Below are positions 26,572 to 32,000 of a stretch of 32,000 nucleotides of DNA, piece after piece. The DNA is taken from NCBI RefSeq assembly GCF_000007145.1, contig NC_003902.1, positions 3,896,497 to 3,928,496 on the forward strand. The letters are read 5' to 3'. Source of the stretch: Xanthomonas campestris pv. campestris str. ATCC 33913 (lineage in GTDB: Bacteria; Pseudomonadota; Gammaproteobacteria; Xanthomonadales; Xanthomonadaceae). The position numbers and the translations under genes were made by a program. The notes under the pieces were generated by a model. That model saw only the letters and a list, made by a program, of their open reading frames with translations. It ran no database searches and was not told the DNA's origin. Every line of letters begins with the position of its first letter. The stretch's first letter is position 1.

Positions 26572-27102
26572 ATGCATAGAGTGCTGTCCCCGCATGACGC
26601 AGATGGGTGCCGGTCAACCGCCGGCGTACGCAACATGCTGACCATGCTCTTGCTGACAACCTTACTCACCGCTAGTTTGGTCGTCTTGGCCTATCGCACT
26701 TCGCTTGGTGTCCTAATGGAATTTGCACAGTGTGCTGCCATTATCGGAGCCGCCCTGCACTTCGCCATCGTCGCAGTGCTTGTGGGGTTTGTTGCACGAG
26801 CCCTGACTGTCTGGAGAAGGCTGCACGCAGAAGGAAAACAGACGAGCGAACTGAAACAGTTGCAGCGGGTCATCATCAGCGGAGCCGCTATGACGCTGCT
26901 GATGTTTTTTCTCGCCGTCATTGCAGCTTGCATCCCACCATTAATGAAGATAATGAAGCAGATTCCCGAATTCGGGATGGTGTTCGCGCTGATGCTCATG
27001 TCCTTGTTGCTTCATAACGTGAACATCAACCGTATCTGCAAACGACTGACCGCTGCCATCACGGCCGCGCAGCAGGCTGCACAACGCACGATGGCAGCAT
27101 GA
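26572..27102 (+). CDS. Four-TM membrane protein of unknown function, cassette 3
   Basis: Track ORF 26545..27102 (TTG) trimmed to the ATG homologous to 20872 (MHRVLSPH...). Highly similar to the cassette-2 copy; its stop overlaps the lipoprotein-3 start. Confidence 0.75.
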   Translation: MHRVLSPHDADGCRSTAGVRNMLTMLLLTTLLTASLVVLAYRTSLGVLMEFAQCAAIIGAALHFAIVAVLVGFVARALTVWRRLHAEGKQTSELKQLQRVIISGAAMTLLMFFLAVIAACIPPLMKIMKQIPEFGMVFALMLMSLLLHNVNINRICKRLTAAITAAQQAAQRTMAA

Positions 27103-27606
27103 ACGGTTATCTGAACATCAAGATTGTTGGCTGTTTTTTCCTGGTTCTCTTAGCAGGATGCAACCCCATGAATGCTGATTCTGAAAGACACGACACCAGC
27201 GAGACTATCGCCGAGGGCGATCCGGTTTACCGCAAGAATCCACATCCGACGCAGGCGTACCGGATCACGATGACAATCGAAGATGCGCCTGGGCCGTTCG
27301 AGGGGGTGTCGGGGACCGCATTTTATGAAATGACTAACCGAGATACATGCACGCCAATTGATCGATCATTAGGCATGTCGACAAAGCAGAAAGAAGATGG
27401 AATTCCCATCACTTTCGAAAAACTCAACGACACAACATACGTGGCGAAGATTTATGCCGACGGAATGGTCGATGCAGATTATTACGGGAAAGGCACCTGT
27501 AATTTCGAGCTGGATGGTGTCGGCATTTCGCTCAAGGCGACCGTGACCTGCCCCCGCTGAGCCGTACCACGTGAAGCTGTAAAGTCCGTCAACCACGAGG
27601 ACGGAC

Positions 27607-27873
27607 ATGAAGAAGAGTCGTTTCACCACCGAGCAGATCATCGGATTCATCAAGCAGGCGGATGCCGGGATGGCGGTGGCTGAGCTGTGCCGCCAGCACG
27701 GTTTCAGCCCGGCCAGCTTCTACCAGTGGCGGGCCAAGTACGGCGGCATGGAGGCCGAAGACGCGAAGCGCCTGAAGGAGCTGGAGCAGGAGAACAACCG
27801 CCTGAAGCGGTTGCTGGCCGAGGCGCACCTGGACATCGAGGCGCTGAAGGTCGGGTTCGGGGTAAAACGCTAG
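27607..27873 (+). CDS. IS3-family transposase OrfA (HTH)
   Basis: 88 aa. [47 protein letters not shown] followed by a leucine-zipper-like [19 protein letters not shown]. Confidence 0.9.
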   Translation: MKKSRFTTEQIIGFIKQADAGMAVAELCRQHGFSPASFYQWRAKYGGMEAEDAKRLKELEQENNRLKRLLAEAHLDIEALKVGFGVKR

Positions 27874-28739
27874 CCCCGCAACGCAAGCGCGAGGCAATCC
27901 GGCGCATGTGCGAGCTGACGTCGATCAGCGAGCGCCGGGCTTGTCGCCTTGCGGGGATCTCCCGCGATGCTTTCCGCCACGCGCCGACACCCACGCCGGC
28001 GACGCAAACCCTGTCGGCCAGACTGGTGGAACTGGCGCAGGCGCGTCGCCGCTTCGGCTATCGCCGCCTGCACGACCTGCTGCGCCCGGAGTTTCCGCAG
28101 GTGAACCATAAGAAGATCTACCGTCTGTACCGCGAGGCGAAGCTGAGCGTGCGCCGGCGCAAGAAGGCCAAGTTCCCGGCGGCACAGCGGCAGCCGTTAC
28201 GGCCAGCGCGGCATCCCAACGAGGTAATCAGCATGGACTTCGTCTTTGATCAGTTGGCCAGTGGCCGCCGCATCAAATGCCTGACCGTCGCCGACGACTT
28301 CACCCATGAATGCGTGGACATCGCGGTGGACCATGGCATCAGCGGGGCTTACGTGGTGCGTGTGCTGGAGCAGATCGCCTGCTTCCGCGGCTATCCCCGC
28401 GCGGTGCGCACGGACAACGGCCCGGAGTTCACCAGCCGCGCCTTCATCGCTTGGGCACAGCAGCGTGGCATCGAACACATCCTGATCGAACCCGGCAAAC
28501 CCATGCAGAACGGCTACATCGAGAGCTTCAACGGCAAGTTCCGCGACGAATGTCTCAACGAACACTGGTTCACGTCGCTGATCCAGGCTCGCGAGGTCAT
28601 CGCCGATTGGCGGCGTGACTTCAACGAGGTACGTCCGCACAGCAGCTGTGGTCGCATCCCGCCAGCGCAGTTTGCCTCCAACCACCGAGCACAAACCGGC
28701 AACAACGCAGTACCCTTCAACCCCGGGCTTTATCAGTAA
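27687..28739 (+). CDS. IS3-family transposase OrfB (DDE catalytic domain), expressed as an OrfAB fusion by a -1 frameshift
   Basis: Coordinates are the open frame from the track. Homology-bearing sequence starts near 27873 ([27 protein letters not shown]...). DDE region WVSMDF-like [36 protein letters not shown]. The frame is -1 relative to orfA. I could not pinpoint the slippery site. Confidence 0.85.
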   Translation: MPPARFQPGQLLPVAGQVRRHGGRRREAPEGAGAGEQPPEAVAGRGAPGHRGAEGRVRGKTLAPQRKREAIRRMCELTSISERRACRLAGISRDAFRHAPTPTPATQTLSARLVELAQARRRFGYRRLHDLLRPEFPQVNHKKIYRLYREAKLSVRRRKKAKFPAAQRQPLRPARHPNEVISMDFVFDQLASGRRIKCLTVADDFTHECVDIAVDHGISGAYVVRVLEQIACFRGYPRAVRTDNGPEFTSRAFIAWAQQRGIEHILIEPGKPMQNGYIESFNGKFRDECLNEHWFTSLIQAREVIADWRRDFNEVRPHSSCGRIPPAQFASNHRAQTGNNAVPFNPGLYQ

Positions 28740-28983
28740 TCACTGGTATGGCCGGTGGGGGCAGGTCAACCGGAAAGCATGAAGACACGAGGTTTGAGCC
28801 AGCTCTATTCAAAAATGAGATTCATAGCAGAGCTCCTAAAGTCACTTATTTCTGGAAAGGCCGTTATCCCAAAGAAGATATTGACAACTTCCCAGACAGC
28901 GGAAAAGTCAGACTGGACCAGTTCAACAATGATGCCCGAGGAAACATATTTAAAGTTACGCTAATCACGGAAGAGGTAATGCC

Positions 28984-30360
28984 ATGAGCCTGACGAGCCA
29001 ACAATATGCAGCCCTTGCGAAAGATGCCTACGATGAACCGCCTGAAACTGGAGCGAGCAGTCGCCCTGTCGATATCGGTGGCATTACCTATAAACGACTT
29101 GAGTATGTAGACAGTCCTTCAGGCTATCAGGGCATTATCTATCAGCGGATCGACACCAACGAGATCATCGTCGCCCATCGCGGCACCGAGACTGAGCGTG
29201 AGCTCAAGCAGGATGGTGTCTACACCGATGGCGGCATGGTCGCAGCACGTCACAATCGCCAGGCCGCCGAAGCAATTGAGTTGACCAAGCATGCGTTGGT
29301 TTATGCACAGAAACTCGGCAAGGACGGCGAAACGCTCGACGTCGCCGTCACCGGCCATTCCCTCAGCGGCAATCTGGCCCAGGTCACTGCACACCACTTT
29401 AGTCTCAAGGGCGAGACCTTCAATGCATACGGCGCGGTTAGCTTGGACCGCCGTATTCCCGAGGGCGGCACCGATGTCATCAATCATGTGATGGCTGGCG
29501 ATGCGGTCAGTGCTGCCAGCAAGCATTACGGCCAGGTCAAGCTCTACGCCACCCAGCAGGAGATTGCTACACTGGAAAAGGCTGGTTACGACAACACGCG
29601 CAGTGTGCTGGACGTACGTAATCCTATCGTTGCAAAAAAGTTGGGCGACTCGCACCGCATGCACAACTTCCTGCCGGAGGATGCCAACGGCAAACCAGAC
29701 CGCTCGGTCCTGGAAGACCCCAAGGCGCAACAGTTGGCGCACAAGTTTGCGCCGATGATCGACAAGTACCGTGATGACGTGGAGGTGTTGCGCGGCAGCG
29801 TGACCTTGGGTGTACGCGGTAATTATGGCCTGGCGGACGATGGAATCGATGCCTTGCGTGGCACCCTAGCACCCGGCGCCGGAAGTGCAGAGATGGCGGC
29901 GGCACGCTGGCAAGAGGTACAGCAGCGCATACAAAACGATCACGCACCGACGTATGTCGCGCCAGGCTGGAAAATGCCGATAGTCACATCTGGCAGCGAA
30001 GTTGCTGCACCGATGGCACCGCCTGGCCGGTTTGGCGAGCCTGCATCCGCATCGGTTCCCAACGACCCGCTTTACCAGGCCATCCACAGCAAGCTCCCCG
30101 CAGGCACTTCGCCGGCAGAGGCGATGTACGCCACAGTCGAGGCCAAGCGTGCAGGCATCCTGCGCGCCGATCAGCTGCAAAGCGTGACGTCGCATCAAGA
30201 CAATGTCTGGATCGTCGGGCAGACACCTGGCTTCCGGGTCAAGGTGGATCTATCAGACAGCGTGCCTCCCCTGCAGGAGAGCATCCGTCAGTCGCAAGCA
30301 CTCGATACGCAGCGGTCGCAGCCGGAAGTGACCCAGCAATCGCCTGCACGTGTAATGTAA
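28984..30360 (+). CDS. Class-3 lipase/phospholipase with XVIPCD-like C-terminal domain, copy 3 (nucleophile elbow altered to GHSLSG)
   Basis: 458 aa, full-length and closely similar to copy 2. The motif is VAVTGHSLSG: codon 29365-29367 is AGC where copies 1 and 2 have GGG/GGC. Confidence 0.8.
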   Translation: MSLTSQQYAALAKDAYDEPPETGASSRPVDIGGITYKRLEYVDSPSGYQGIIYQRIDTNEIIVAHRGTETERELKQDGVYTDGGMVAARHNRQAAEAIELTKHALVYAQKLGKDGETLDVAVTGHSLSGNLAQVTAHHFSLKGETFNAYGAVSLDRRIPEGGTDVINHVMAGDAVSAASKHYGQVKLYATQQEIATLEKAGYDNTRSVLDVRNPIVAKKLGDSHRMHNFLPEDANGKPDRSVLEDPKAQQLAHKFAPMIDKYRDDVEVLRGSVTLGVRGNYGLADDGIDALRGTLAPGAGSAEMAAARWQEVQQRIQNDHAPTYVAPGWKMPIVTSGSEVAAPMAPPGRFGEPASASVPNDPLYQAIHSKLPAGTSPAEAMYATVEAKRAGILRADQLQSVTSHQDNVWIVGQTPGFRVKVDLSDSVPPLQESIRQSQALDTQRSQPEVTQQSPARVM

Positions 30361-30364
30361 GGCC

Positions 30365-30724
30365 ATGATCGAGCGGGTCGCACCCATGACTGCCCCAGTG
30401 CCGACTGTCACGGCAGCCCGGTGTCCGCCGCGTGCGACAAGCCGGTTGCAGCCGCTGGCGGACGCCAACCTCGGCGACTTCGTTTTCTTCAAGCTGGTCA
30501 ACGACTACTTCAACCGGGAAATCCAGGACTTCGGTATGGCGTTGATGGAGCGAGCCATGCGCTGGGTCAGCACCATCGCATTGACCGTCACCACGCTGTG
30601 GGTGATGATCCTGGGCTACCGCATCGCCACTGGGCAGTCGCGCGAGAGCGCCATGGCCACGATGATCAAGGCCGGCAAGGTCGCCATCATCATCAGCATT
30701 TCGTGTGAGAGTTGTAGATCTTAA
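30365..30724 (+). pseudogene. virB6: VirB6/TrbL-family gene, copy 4, truncated after ~112 codons
   Basis: Homology to the other copies (…MATMIKAGKVAIIISI) stops at 30700. The frame then reads SCESCRS-stop. The remaining ~280 codons of a virB6 are missing. Confidence 0.85.
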
Positions 30725-30726
30725 GA

Positions 30727-31398
30727 TTACGGCGCCATCGCGATATTGATCCCGACCGTGATCCACCCACGCGGTGCGGTCGCGTGATCACGTCCAACTA
30801 CGAGATCGATGCTGGAGGCCTTGCCCACCAGTCTGCGCAGTCCGAGTTGCGCACCGTGACCGTCGCGATCGTCTCCCGATGCTTCGGCCAGGACCGTCCA
30901 GGCGGGGGTGAGCACGTGCTCCAGGCCGACACCTGCAGTCGTGGTGTCCGGGCCAGCGTGCGTGACGAGCGCGCCGAAATTGACGTGAATCCGCGTGTTC
31001 GCTGCCGTTCCTAGCGACCACGTCAGCGGCACGGCGATGTAACTGGCGCGTTGCTGAGGCTCCTGCCAGGCGCGTTGCAGGCCCACTGACACCGCCAGCC
31101 CCCATGCGTGTTGCTCCGGATCGCGCAGCATGCGTTTTGCGCCGATGTCGAGCGCAGCCGATCCGTGCCGGACGTCGGTCATTCCCAACGCGAATTCGGT
31201 GCCCCAGAGGTTGCAGGCAGGCACTGCCGTGGCCGATGCACCGCCGGGCGTCGCACGCCACCACGCTTCGAGCTGGCACTGGCCGCGTGGCGTCACGCCA
31301 GCATCGTCGACCACCATGCTGGCTGCTGCACGCGCGGGCACCGGGTGCCATAACGCGAACACGGCCAGCAGTCCCGGGGAGTGACGCAATACCTTCAT
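30727..31398 (-). CDS. Signal-peptide protein, possibly an outer-membrane beta-barrel; function unknown
   Basis: Track ORF 30727..31512 trimmed to MKVLRHSPGLLAVFALWHPVPARA. Alternating hydrophobic pattern throughout and backbone-like high GC. Confidence 0.5.
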   Translation of the reverse strand: MKVLRHSPGLLAVFALWHPVPARAAASMVVDDAGVTPRGQCQLEAWWRATPGGASATAVPACNLWGTEFALGMTDVRHGSAALDIGAKRMLRDPEQHAWGLAVSVGLQRAWQEPQQRASYIAVPLTWSLGTAANTRIHVNFGALVTHAGPDTTTAGVGLEHVLTPAWTVLAEASGDDRDGHGAQLGLRRLVGKASSIDLVVGRDHATAPRGWITVGINIAMAP

Positions 31399-31828
31399 AG
31401 GCTTCTCAAGAAAAGCGCCAGCGCCGTTGGCGTTGAACACCATTTTAAGGCCCGAGAACGCCGCATGGCACGCAGGCGGCAAACCACGCTGCGCCACGTT
31501 AGCGCCGTGCATCGAAGATGCAGCGCATGCGCCGATGCGATCGATGTGGCTGACGCGACTTCGTTGGCACGACTTGTTCTCAGCAAAGCGTCGGTATCAA
31601 GCCCAATCGGCCTTCGGCTCGCTGGCAACCACGACGGCGGCGCACTGGTGAACGACGCGCCACTACCTGACCTGTCGCTGATGCATGCTATGCAACACGG
31701 AAGCAGGCATTGATGCTTGACCCACTGCACCACCGGCGCCGCGCGTTACATGCATGCATGTAGCGCCACAAAGTTGGGCACGCAGACCGAACTCACACCC
31801 TAGGCATGCGCGGCCGCATTAGCCGCTC

Positions 31829-32000
31829 TTACTGGCAGGCCCTGCCTTCCATCGTCTGCTGCGCGGTAAACATGGGGACCTGCGGGATCTTGCCGGCCGC
31901 GGCCTGCTGCTTGGCCTCCTCCAGATAGATGCGTGACTGCCCTTGTCCATCCAGCTGCGGTTTGGCCGCGGCCGGCTTGCGCCATACCCGCACAACCGCC
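31829..32000 (-). CDS. 3' end of an unidentified gene continuing beyond the window
   Basis: My minus-strand translation is ...VVRVWRKPAAAKPQLDGQGQSRIYLEEAKQQAAAGKIPQVPMFTAQQTMEGRACQ-stop (stop is the complement of 31829-31831). It is open to the window edge with GC-rich third positions. No family recognised. Confidence 0.35.
   Translation of the reverse strand, partial: AVVRVWRKPAAAKPQLDGQGQSRIYLEEAKQQAAAGKIPQVPMFTAQQTMEGRACQ

Larger units (their letters stand above)
27544..28768 (+). mobile_element. IS3-family (IS407-group) insertion sequence, 1225 bp
   Basis: Ends are TGACCTGCCCCC (27544-27555) and its complement GGGGGCAGGTCA (28757-28768), with further imperfect IR. The 4-bp target duplication ACCG lies at 27540-27543 and 28769-28772. 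It has the orfA/orfB organisation with orfB in the -1 frame. Confidence 0.9.
27099..28987 (+). pseudogene. Lipoprotein (putative immunity protein for lipase 3) split by an IS3/IS407-family insertion
   Basis: The 5' part is 27099-27543 (MNGYLNIKIVGCFFLVLLAGC...GVGISLKAT). The 3' part is 28773-28987 (GKHEDTRFEPALFKNEIHS...LITEEVMP). Removing the IS plus one ACCG copy restores one frame of 219 aa, collinear with the 218-aa cassette-2 paralogue. Confidence 0.9.
14598..30700 (+). repeat. Tandem array of three gene cassettes bounded by virB6 paralogues
   Basis: virB6 starts lie at 14598, 18884, 23436 and 30365. The spacings are 4286, 4552 and 6929 bp, the last being 4537 bp without the two IS elements and their target duplications. 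Gene order is collinear in all three units. Confidence 0.9.

Noticed and set aside
28748-28987. 79-aa ORF as an independent gene
   Set aside because: It is the 3' fragment of the lipoprotein gene split by the IS407-group element. Its apparent N-terminus (MAGGGRSTG) is read from the IS end.
14598-30700. Possibility that the periodic repeats represent a CRISPR array or a minisatellite
   Set aside because: The period is about 4.3-4.55 kb and consists of whole protein-coding cassettes. There are no short direct repeats with unique spacers anywhere in the window.
31747-31762. Perfect 16-bp palindrome TACATGCATGCATGTA in the spacer downstream of the partial gene at the window end
   Set aside because: It could be an operator, but it is a simple (CATG)n-type sequence. 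It has no second copy in the window and no adjacent promoter that I could define, so the evidence is insufficient.

Overview
High-GC, Xanthomonas-like chromosomal window (organism is inferred from composition, gene content and IS types). Positions 1-13.2 kb are ordinary backbone: a class-III aminotransferase, a voltage-gated-type K+ channel, a lipoprotein, an SDR, a kinase-like protein, a DedA-PAP2 fusion, a bestrophin-like channel, a Lon-N-domain protein, mpl, adk and a phosphofructokinase. Positions 13.8-30.7 kb hold an accessory locus. It starts with an orphan type IV secretion virB5-virB6 pair, followed by three tandem copies of a ~4.3-4.55 kb cassette. Each cassette encodes a Cys-rich secreted DUF4189-like protein, a conserved untracked ~55-aa ORF, a 4-TM protein, a lipobox lipoprotein (putative immunity), a class-3 lipase with an XVIPCD-like C-terminus (putative X-T4SS antibacterial effector), and another virB6 paralogue. 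A fourth virB6 copy is truncated at the right border. Cassette 3 carries an IS5-family and an IS3/IS407-family insertion, both with identifiable inverted repeats and target duplications. It also has a nonsense codon in the small ORF and a GHSLGG to GHSLSG change in its lipase. Cassette 1 lacks the 4-TM gene, so only cassette 2 is fully intact. virB6 copies 2 and 3 share a 924-bp nearly identical core although the rest of their cassettes has diverged, and every virB6 copy has an unrelated C-terminal tail. I saw no rRNA, tRNA or CRISPR array. All family assignments come from motif recognition by eye, not from database searches.
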